Part shown: piece after piece, positions 1-6,465 of the stretch
Layout of the letters: every line of letters begins with the position of its first letter
How positions within the stretch are numbered: the first letter of the stretch is position 1
From: a candidate division WWE3 bacterium
GTDB taxonomy: Bacteria; Patescibacteriota; WWE3; JAPLWK01
DNA length: 32,000 bases
Assembly: GCA_026396615.1 (NCBI GenBank)
Contig: JAPLWK010000004.1
Span: 48,739-80,738, forward strand
Reading direction: 5' to 3'
Notes under the pieces: generated by a model
The model's input: only the letters and a program-made list of their open reading frames with translations
Databases searched by the model: none
What the model was told of the DNA's origin: nothing
Translations under genes and position numbers: made by a program

Positions 1-858
1 TAAAGCATTAACAGACCGGTTCGATAGACCTAACTCATCAATCTTTTTGGCAACAACAAATTTCTCTACAACTTTCATCGGCTCAACCACTTCTTTACCC
101 TGATCTCGTCGAAGGGCTGTCTTCTTTGTCATTACAGGCTCCAAAGTTTCTTTGGTGACTGCGTTCGTCTTAATAGACAAACAGAGCGCGCTAACGATTA
201 TATTAATCGACCGCAAAGCGTCGTCGTTAGCCGGAATCAAGTAATCAATACCGGTCGGATCGCAGTTAGTATCGGCTATAGCCACAATTGGAATATGCAT
301 TCGCAGACATTCCCGGACTGCTAAATGCTCGCGATGCGGGTCAATAATAATGACCGCTCCAGGCATGCCGCTTAAATCCAAAATTCCTTCGAGAACCTTC
401 TTCATCTTGTCGGCCTCGCGGGACATAAGAAGCCGCTCTCGCTTGGTAAAGCGGTCAAGCTCGGTAGTTTTAAGTTTACGATAATATTCTTTTAAATAGT
501 GTAAACGCTTTTTGATTTCGTTAAAGTTAGTTAACGTGCCGCCCAGCCAACGCTCAGAGACATAGAGAATTTCGGAAGCCGTAGCCTCGGATCTTACGAT
601 TTCCTTGGACTGGCCTTTAGTACCCACAATAATGATTTGGCGCCCGGAAGCGGATACCGAGGCCAAAAAGTCAGTCGCTTTCTGCAAAGCACTGTGAGTT
701 TGGTAAAGATCAATAATGTGAATCCCGGCCTGAATTTTGTAAATAAAAGGCGCCATCTTGGGATTCCAGCGGGAAACTTGGTGACCAAAATGCGCTCCGG
801 ATAATAAGAGTTCTTCAACAGATGGTATAGATTGTTTCGTCTTTGCTGTGTCTGACAT
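1..858 (-). CDS. rpsB: 30S ribosomal protein S2 (uS2), 3' end runs off the window; has a C-terminal extension
   Basis: Manual minus-strand translation from ATG at 858: MSDTAKTKQSIPSVEELLLSGAHFGHQVSRWNPKMAPFIYK...IIIVGTKGQ...ERWLGGTLTNF...IAIADTNCDPTGIDYLIPANDDA. These are classic uS2 motifs. The frame stays open to base 1. It is absent from the ORF track because the window edge truncates it. An AAGGAGA Shine-Dalgarno-like motif lies about 14 nt upstream. Confidence 0.9.
   Translation of the reverse strand, partial: MSDTAKTKQSIPSVEELLLSGAHFGHQVSRWNPKMAPFIYKIQAGIHIIDLYQTHSALQKATDFLASVSASGRQIIIVGTKGQSKEIVRSEATASEILYVSERWLGGTLTNFNEIKKRLHYLKEYYRKLKTTELDRFTKRERLLMSREADKMKKVLEGILDLSGMPGAVIIIDPHREHLAVRECLRMHIPIVAIADTNCDPTGIDYLIPANDDALRSINIIVSALCLSIKTNAVTKETLEPVMTKKTALRRDQGKEVVEPMKVVEKFVVAKKIDELGLSNRSVNAL
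98..116. repeat. Degenerate copy (16/19) of the 19-mer CCCTGAGCTTGTCGAAGGG, in-frame in the rpsB tail
   Basis: CCCTGATCTCGTCGAAGGG compared with the identical 19-mers at 9564-9582 and 24309-24327. Confidence 0.6.
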
Positions 859-1058
859 GATAAGTTCCAATTTCTCCTTGTTCACCTACGGCGGCTTGAA
901 TGTTAGGAGAACCGCTGCCGTATGTAATGTCATTCGAGATCGAGGGCTTGCCATGAGCGAGCGAAGCGAGTCGAATGGCTGGTAGTGACTATATCAAATA
1001 TTAACCAAATTGCAACAGTTATTTGTGTGACATGTGTTGGACACCGCACATTTTATTC

Positions 1059-1087
1059 TTGACGTACCTCTCAAAAAGACCTAAAAT
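1059..1087 (+). promoter_or_regulatory. Sigma70-like promoter TTGACG-17-TAAAAT with no ORF downstream
   Basis: TTGACG at 1059-1064, a 17-nt spacer, TAAAAT at 1082-1087. No start codon follows at the usual distance. Confidence 0.45.
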
Positions 1088-1102
1088 GAGGATCTTAAAT
1101 CT

Positions 1103-1136
1103 CCTGCAACGCTGACGAGCCTTTGCAGGTTTTTTT
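1103..1136 (+). terminator. Rho-independent terminator-like hairpin plus T7
   Basis: CCTGCAA (1103-1109) pairs with TTGCAGG (1123-1129), followed by TTTTTTT (1130-1136). Confidence 0.5.
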
Positions 1137-1179
1137 GATTGGTTGCTTGATAAGCGCAGCGAATCTAGCAACCATCAAT

Positions 1180-1203
1180 CCCACGAAGCTTTAGCGAAGT
1201 GGG
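1180..1203 (+). repeat. 24-mer CCCACGAAGCTTTAGCGAAGTGGG, copy 1
   Basis: Exact reverse complement is present at 17486-17509. Confidence 0.85.
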
Positions 1204-1240
1204 ATGTTGGTATTCGTGATATAATAATAAACGTTAATCC

Positions 1241-1280
1241 CCCCTGTGAGAGCTTCGGCTGTTTGCAGGGGTTATTTTTT
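1241..1280 (+). terminator. Hairpin with inner UUCG tetraloop plus T-run; abuts the NYN gene stop codon
   Basis: CCCCTG (1241-1246) pairs with CAGGGG (1266-1271). Inner hairpin AGC-TTCG-GCT. Followed by TTATTTTTT. The signal is better on the plus strand than on the minus strand. Confidence 0.45.
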
Positions 1281-1832
1281 CTGATATTTCGGCGTCTCTT
1301 CAAGAATTACTTTCGTGATCACTCTTGTTCTGGAACAACCTTTTGTCATTGCGCTACTAAGCGAATTCTCAAAACCAACATAAACCACTTCTTTTCCTAT
1401 TGTACGGGCTTCTTCAACCGCCGGGAGTAAATCAGTGTCAGAAGATACTAAGAAACAAGAATCATAAGTGCTGGTAAGAGCCCCACGTTGAATCTCTAAT
1501 GCCATTCTTACGTCAACTCCCTTCTCGTGATAAATGCTACCTGTTTTCAATAAATATCCCCTCTTGATTATAATCTTTTGTTGTTCCAATAAGTAAAACA
1601 GGGCCTGCTGATTAGCGAAAAGTAGTTTGGATTTTGCGTCTCCGCGAATATTGATTACTTCACCGACACAATAAAGAATGTCCATTTTGTGAATACCAAT
1701 ATCTAAAACTTTTGATAAGAGTTGACGGTAATCTACATGAGATAAATGAACAGTTGGGGCTAATTTCTTGGCTTTGTGATAAAAATTACTGCCATCAATT
1801 ATTACCAGATTTCTAGATGCTGATTTAGACAC
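1272..1832 (-). CDS. NYN / LabA-like (PIN-like) domain protein
   Basis: N-terminus LVIIDGSNFYHK and later VSSDTDLLPAVEEA match the NYN (DUF88) acidic-residue pattern. GTG start. Confidence 0.65.
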   Translation of the reverse strand: MSKSASRNLVIIDGSNFYHKAKKLAPTVHLSHVDYRQLLSKVLDIGIHKMDILYCVGEVINIRGDAKSKLLFANQQALFYLLEQQKIIIKRGYLLKTGSIYHEKGVDVRMALEIQRGALTSTYDSCFLVSSDTDLLPAVEEARTIGKEVVYVGFENSLSSAMTKGCSRTRVITKVILEETPKYQKK

Positions 1833-1838
1833 ACAAAA

Positions 1839-1847
1839 ATAATATCA
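1839..1847 (-). promoter_or_regulatory. Extended -10 (TGaTATTAT), 6 nt upstream of the NYN GTG
   Basis: Minus strand reads TTGTGATATTAT-TTTTGT-GTG. Confidence 0.4.
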
Positions 1848-1882
1848 CAAATGAACGATCGACTTCGCCTCACTAATGAATT

Positions 1883-1915
1883 AAAAACTCCCAGGTCCTG
1901 TTACAGAGCTGGGAG
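1883..1915 (-). terminator. Hairpin plus T-run on the minus strand
   Basis: CTCCCAG (1888-1894) pairs with CTGGGAG (1909-1915). The minus strand continues GTTTTTAATTC. It is unclear which transcript it would end. Confidence 0.3.
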
Positions 1916-1974
1916 GGGTTAGCAATATCAAGACTTAATAGCATTTTAGCAACATTTTGTCTTCTGTCAACAAC

Positions 1975-2003
1975 TTGTGAAACCCCTAGAGTTTAGTCAT
2001 AAT
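1975..2003 (+). promoter_or_regulatory. TTGTGA-17-CATAAT promoter, 6 nt upstream of ATG 2010
   Basis: TTGTGA at 1975-1980 and CATAAT at 1998-2003, then CGCCTA, then ATG. Confidence 0.4.
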
Positions 2004-2009
2004 CGCCTA

Positions 2010-2483
2010 ATGACATCATCGGAAATGATTCAAAAAGCGATGCACTATGCCTATCAACCGGAAGCCTGCAACGAGGGCGACGTGGCCTGTTTACAAGAGT
2101 CGACCTCGCAAAACTGCTTGATTAACTCTAAAAGAGCCTTGCGGTTTTTAGCTAATAACTACGGTGATAATTTTAACCAGCTGATGATTTTGCAAACCAG
2201 CATTGACAGCCCTGCGCACCGTTTTAAAAGTAGTGTTTGGCAGTATCACGCTTATTTTCTGGCCTGTGACAATATGGGACAGTGGTTTGCCGGCTCCCCC
2301 GCTAATTACGACCCGGGAGAAGACATTAATAGACTAACTAATTTCTTTACCGCCGACAATTTAACGGAAATTATTAAGCAGATTCAGGATTTAGACGGCG
2401 GCGAGTGGCCCGAAGCCGGTACTCCGCCGCTACCTGCGTTACTAAATCAAACCGATCGGCTTGCGAGTATAAATTTAAAATGA
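2010..2483 (+). CDS. Hypothetical protein (157 aa from ATG 2010; the ORF track starts at GTG 1977)
   Basis: Protein-like composition and a promoter-proximal ATG. The last 110 nt overlap the convergent 696-aa gene. No recognisable domain. Confidence 0.45.
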   Translation: MTSSEMIQKAMHYAYQPEACNEGDVACLQESTSQNCLINSKRALRFLANNYGDNFNQLMILQTSIDSPAHRFKSSVWQYHAYFLACDNMGQWFAGSPANYDPGEDINRLTNFFTADNLTEIIKQIQDLDGGEWPEAGTPPLPALLNQTDRLASINLK

Positions 2484-4464
2484 GTGACAAGTCGGCTTTA
2501 CCGGTACAAGCAATTTCCTTAGCTAGCGGCAAGGCCGCCTCTTCATCATACGAACTACGCAGCAACGAAGTAAACAACGGTTTTAGTAAATCGCGCACTA
2601 CTGAATCTTTGGAACTGTTAATGCGTTCGCCAAGGACTAACAATTCCGGTATCGTCAGTCCCACAAATACCTTGGTGCGATCTTCGGAGGCCACGCTAAC
2701 TAAAATCTCCACTTGTTCGTTAGGATCCTCAATTTGTGAAAACCCACCTCTAGCTTCTTGGATTTGCGCCCCGTCTAAAAAGGCCGCCATCCGTGCCCGC
2801 AAATCAGCTTCAATAGTTAAATCCTCATTAGAACCAAGAATAACCGGGGGCTTTACCTGAGTTTTGTAATAGTCAACTATCTGCCGGGCCGCCCGGTAAT
2901 GACCTTTACTAATATAAAAATCTTGAATATCTGACAAGGCGTAATATTGAACCGCATACTCGGCTGCAACCGGATATAATAGAGTCGCCGCCTCCTCGCT
3001 AGCTATAGCGGCTTCCAGCATTGGCTTTGGGTCCAAAGCCACTTCCGCCAAAAGTAGCAGGTCATTAAAAGATTTCGATTCTACTAAATATTGAGATAAC
3101 TCGCTTCGTCGCTCATCAGAAAGCCCAGCGGCCACCTGAAGTCCGTAGTAACTAATTTCCCGCTCGCCGGTGATAGCGTTCTCTCTAAAAAGTTTCTGGT
3201 AGTGATCTTCGTTCTGTGTGACTTGCGTGTTACCGTTAATAAAGGAGCTCTCCGCCGCCGCTAAAGTCGTAATCATATTGACCGCATCGGCCGGTTGTTC
3301 AGCTAGTAGACGCTCAAGGCCATTCCAATAGGGAGTTCGCTTGTTTGCAACTAGGAATTGATGGACCCGTTCGGCTAAATTGGGGTCAAGATCGGGACCA
3401 AGGTCTCTAGCTAGTTTGTAAATTGCCAGAGGATCAGCTTTTCCAAATTTGAGTAAGTCATCCAGATCATTAATCGCTTCAGAAATATCGCCGTTGGCGA
3501 CGGCCGACTCACCATCGAGAGTCAAGAAATGGGCCTTTTCGGCAGGACTACGCAATTCAATTTCGGTGTAAGCTCCAGCCTTTTGAAGAGCCTCGCGAAT
3601 ATTTGTAGCCGCCTCCGGATAATTAACTTCCATAAAACCGGCTATTTTTAAGGCCGCCGCCGGATTAACATTAAGCAACTCCTGAGCTTCAGCCAAAGCC
3701 ACTTCTGGCTGACCGGCTGCCAGGGCCACCGCCCCCGCGAATTCTTTGTCTTGATAACGTTCCCGCAGCAAATCAATATAGCGCTCAGCCAATTCCGGAT
3801 GATCCTTAGCAAGCATAGCAGACAAGGCGGCTGCCTCCTCACCATGGTCTTCCGAAAAAGTCCGGTTAATAACTTTAATGGCCATTTCCGGCGAACCAGT
3901 GGCTAGATCTTCAAAGGTTGACAAGACTGCCTGCAGATTTTCGGCCGACTCTTCGTCATTTTTACTGGTTAGATATTTTACTGCTGAAAGTTCAGATGAA
4001 CTTAATTTGCTTTCATCAAAAGGACTAGAGGCACCTTTTGACCACTTTTCCTGTGACTCTGACGCTGCCCAGTCTGATAGCCCAGGTAAACTATTAGATT
4101 TTACGTCACTAGAACCCACGCTCATTAAATTAGCCGCGTGAGTATCATACTTAGATAGAGTTGACGAAGCCTCGTGAGTATCATGACGAGCTTTAGTAGC
4201 CTCCGCGGCTAAAGTGTCGTACCCAGCGGCATATAAAGTCTCGTTGACGGCCTTCGCCAGCGGCCGATTTCTCACATACAAGTCTTCCAGCTCTTCGCGA
4301 GCATGCTCTAAATAATCGCCATAAAAATTCTCAGGACGGGTGCCAAGAACATCCCACAAATATTGCCTTTTAGAAAAATCCTCAGGAGCGTCTACAAAAA
4401 GCTTAAACTCTGTTTCCGAGTTCACTTCACGAAGTTTGTCTTCAGGAACCATCTCACTAGCCAC
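2374..4464 (-). CDS. Large acidic, predicted all-alpha hypothetical protein (696 aa)
   Basis: Long uninterrupted ORF, A/E/L-rich. I see no TM segment or signal peptide and no motif I recognise. GTG start at 4464; an alternative ATG lies at 4452. Confidence 0.7.
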   Translation of the reverse strand: MASEMVPEDKLREVNSETEFKLFVDAPEDFSKRQYLWDVLGTRPENFYGDYLEHAREELEDLYVRNRPLAKAVNETLYAAGYDTLAAEATKARHDTHEASSTLSKYDTHAANLMSVGSSDVKSNSLPGLSDWAASESQEKWSKGASSPFDESKLSSSELSAVKYLTSKNDEESAENLQAVLSTFEDLATGSPEMAIKVINRTFSEDHGEEAAALSAMLAKDHPELAERYIDLLRERYQDKEFAGAVALAAGQPEVALAEAQELLNVNPAAALKIAGFMEVNYPEAATNIREALQKAGAYTEIELRSPAEKAHFLTLDGESAVANGDISEAINDLDDLLKFGKADPLAIYKLARDLGPDLDPNLAERVHQFLVANKRTPYWNGLERLLAEQPADAVNMITTLAAAESSFINGNTQVTQNEDHYQKLFRENAITGEREISYYGLQVAAGLSDERRSELSQYLVESKSFNDLLLLAEVALDPKPMLEAAIASEEAATLLYPVAAEYAVQYYALSDIQDFYISKGHYRAARQIVDYYKTQVKPPVILGSNEDLTIEADLRARMAAFLDGAQIQEARGGFSQIEDPNEQVEILVSVASEDRTKVFVGLTIPELLVLGERINSSKDSVVRDLLKPLFTSLLRSSYDEEAALPLAKEIACTGKADLSLILNLYSQADRFDLVTQVAAEYRLRATRRRLNPESA

Positions 4465-4470
4465 CCCTTA

Positions 4471-4499
4471 ATAATGCCGCATAACGAAGAGCACGTCAA
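4471..4499 (-). promoter_or_regulatory. TTGACG-17-CATTAT promoter, 6 nt upstream of GTG 4464
   Basis: Minus strand: TTGACG (4499-4494), 17-nt spacer, CATTAT (4476-4471), then TAAGGG, then GTG. Confidence 0.45.
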
Positions 4500-4503
4500 C
4501 CGA

Positions 4504-4538
4504 TATTCGGACGAATTCGGATACCATTTCGGATTAAT
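4504..4538. repeat. TTCGGAT-family repeat cluster (intergenic copy)
   Basis: ATATTCGGACGAATTCGGATACCATTTCGGATTAAT. It shares the 20-mer GGATACCATTTCGGATTAAT with the copy at 20431-20470. Confidence 0.75.
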
Positions 4539-4594
4539 GGACGTTCGCTTCGCTCGCTACCAATTTACGAGTCGTAAATTGTGGGATATCCCAG

Positions 4595-4623
4595 TTGACA
4601 TCACTACAAGTTATGTGTATAAT
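4595..4623 (+). promoter_or_regulatory. Consensus sigma70 promoter TTGACA-17-TATAAT for the recombinase gene
   Basis: TTGACA at 4595-4600 and TATAAT at 4618-4623, with the ATG at 4634 (10 nt after the -10). The ORF-track TTG start at 4595 is actually the -35 box. Confidence 0.65.
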
Positions 4624-4633
4624 CACAAAATCT

Positions 4634-5515
4634 ATGGCTAATACCACTACTTTACGCAACGCCCATATTAAATTCGTCGAAAATTTGCGCTCTCAAAAGC
4701 GGGCGTCAGCCACCGTTATCGCCTATCGCAAGGACATTGAGCAGGTGATTACCCATTTGGAAAAGTTAGCTAAACTAACCGCCAGCGACGTGGAAACAGT
4801 TGATTTAAAAGGCTTTTTAGATGATCTGGCTGCCAAAAACTACACCGCCAAAAGCATTTCCCGAAAAATAAATTCTACCCGCACCTTCTTTAAGTACTTA
4901 AAAGTTGAAGGAATTATTAAGGAAGACCCGGCGTCAACATTAACCCACCCGCAACTGTCTCCCAAAGCGCCCCGGATTTTGACTGTCTCCGAATACCGAG
5001 CCCTGCGTGATGCCGCTCGTAATGACGTCCGCACTCGAGCCGTCGTTGAAGTACTTCTGCAGACTGGCATTCGGATTGGCGAAGTGGCCGGCTTGCGGGT
5101 TCAGGATTTTAAAGCCGCGACTTCTAAAAAGAATGGTGAACTCACCATTGCCATCTTTGAGAATCGCCCCAGTCGCAACGTGCCTTTAAACTTAACGGCT
5201 TCGGAAGCGGTTGCCGAGTACATTAAGATTCGACCGACAAGTCACGATGAGCATTTATTTATTACTAAGACCGGACGGCCTTTGTTGATCCGTAATATTC
5301 GAGCGACGATTGATCGTTATTTTAAAGAAGCCGGTATTACTAACGCCAAAGTTAATGATCTTCGTCACACTTTTATTACTTTCCACTTAAGCCGCGGGGT
5401 TAGTTTAGATCTTTTAAGCAAGATTGCCGGTCACAAACGCATTTCGACGACCGAGAAGTACCTGGCCTATGTGACGAAGCCTGCGGAAGAGAAACAAGAG
5501 TTAGAGGCTTTGTAA
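4634..5515 (+). CDS. xerC: Tyrosine site-specific recombinase, XerC/XerD type
   Basis: N-terminal SAM-like core-binding region (FVENLRSQKRASATVIAYRKDI). Catalytic-domain signatures: LLQTGIRIGEVAGL (Arg), LRHTFITF (H-x-x-R), GHKRISTTEKYL (His/Tyr). Confidence 0.85.
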   Translation: MANTTTLRNAHIKFVENLRSQKRASATVIAYRKDIEQVITHLEKLAKLTASDVETVDLKGFLDDLAAKNYTAKSISRKINSTRTFFKYLKVEGIIKEDPASTLTHPQLSPKAPRILTVSEYRALRDAARNDVRTRAVVEVLLQTGIRIGEVAGLRVQDFKAATSKKNGELTIAIFENRPSRNVPLNLTASEAVAEYIKIRPTSHDEHLFITKTGRPLLIRNIRATIDRYFKEAGITNAKVNDLRHTFITFHLSRGVSLDLLSKIAGHKRISTTEKYLAYVTKPAEEKQELEAL

Positions 5516-5541
5516 AATCCCAATTTTAGGATCTTCAAAAA

Positions 5542-5550
5542 TGATAGAAT
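5542..5550 (+). promoter_or_regulatory. Extended -10 (TGaTAGAAT), 8 nt upstream of ATG 5559
   Basis: ATGATAGAAT-AAACAGAC-ATG. Confidence 0.4.
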
Positions 5551-5558
5551 AAACAGAC

Positions 5559-6452
5559 ATGCCCCATCCCGAAAGTAAGTATATTTTTGTCATTACCACC
5601 GCTGTATTAGCCATTGTTGTGCTGCTGGTTACGACGCTAACCCCGCCAATGACAACCCTCCTCCCTAGTACTAACACACAGACGTCGACCCTGTCACCAA
5701 AGCCACAGAGCTCTCGGACCTCGTTACTGATGACCCCCAGAGAGGCGTCAGTGACGGCACAAGCGACGAAAGCGGTGACCCTGGCTAAAGTCCAGATTCT
5801 GACTTATCACTACGTAGAAGTGAACCCCAACCCTAAGGATAGGCTTAGGACGGGGTTGGCAGTGACTCCGAGTAACTTTGGTGATCAATTAGACTATTTA
5901 GACCAACAACAGATTACCCCAATTACCCTTAGCGACTACTATAATATACTCGACGGCAAGCTAAAGACACCAGTGCACCCTGTCATTTTGACCTTTGATG
6001 ACGGCTACGCCGACTTTTTCGCCAATGCCTATCCCCTACTCCTAAAACATCACTTTAAGGCTGTCTCCTTTATAATCACCGGCTCTATAGGCAAGTCAAA
6101 TTATATGACCTGGGACCAAATCAAAGAGATTCAGCAGTCCGGTCTAATAGAATTTGAGGATCATACTGTCACTCATCCTGATTTACGACGGCTAAGTTAC
6201 AAAGCAATTTATGATGAATTTTATAACAGCAAAGTGGCTTTAGAGACGCAGACCGGCAGCAAAGTTGAGTACGTCGCATACCCATATGGATATTTTAACG
6301 ATACTGCTCTTAAAGCCGCTCAAGCGGTGGGGTTTGTGGGCGGGGTGAGCACGCGGGGCGGCATCGCGGCCGGAAAAAGTCGGACACTACCGAGAGATAA
6401 TGTTAACGGGTACACAACGATGCAGAGGTTTGAACAAATAGTTGGAAAGTAA
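5559..6452 (+). CDS. Membrane-anchored polysaccharide deacetylase (NodB / CE4 family)
   Basis: N-terminal TM helix, an S/T/P-rich linker, the NodB motif ILTFDDGYADF, and a later HTVTHPDL. Confidence 0.85.
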   Translation: MPHPESKYIFVITTAVLAIVVLLVTTLTPPMTTLLPSTNTQTSTLSPKPQSSRTSLLMTPREASVTAQATKAVTLAKVQILTYHYVEVNPNPKDRLRTGLAVTPSNFGDQLDYLDQQQITPITLSDYYNILDGKLKTPVHPVILTFDDGYADFFANAYPLLLKHHFKAVSFIITGSIGKSNYMTWDQIKEIQQSGLIEFEDHTVTHPDLRRLSYKAIYDEFYNSKVALETQTGSKVEYVAYPYGYFNDTALKAAQAVGFVGGVSTRGGIAAGKSRTLPRDNVNGYTTMQRFEQIVGK

Positions 6453-6465
6453 ATCTAATTTTCAA

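Larger units (their letters stand above)
1094..1280 (+). ncRNA. Candidate small RNA (about 45 nt, or about 190 nt if the first terminator is read through)
   Basis: Bounded by the promoter at 1059-1087 and two hairpin+T-run terminators. Internal hairpins: GGTTGCT/AGCAACC (1141-1173) and ATCCCAC/GTGGGAT (1178-1205). Only a spurious-looking ORF (1143..1430) overlaps. Confidence 0.25.

Noticed and set aside
231-246. AGCCGGAATCAAGTAA inside rpsB resembles the element arm (15/16 match to AGCCGGAATCCAGTAA)
   Set aside because: It encodes the conserved uS2 motif DYLIPAND and has no second stem half, so it is most likely a chance resemblance. The same applies to CCCGGAATT strings in def (SVPGIYG) and the PEGA gene.
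4595-4633. TTG start at 4595 for the recombinase (ORF-track start)
   Set aside because: That TTG is the first codon of TTGACA, the -35 box of a perfect TTGACA-17-TATAAT promoter. ATG 4634 gives a normal Xer N-terminus.
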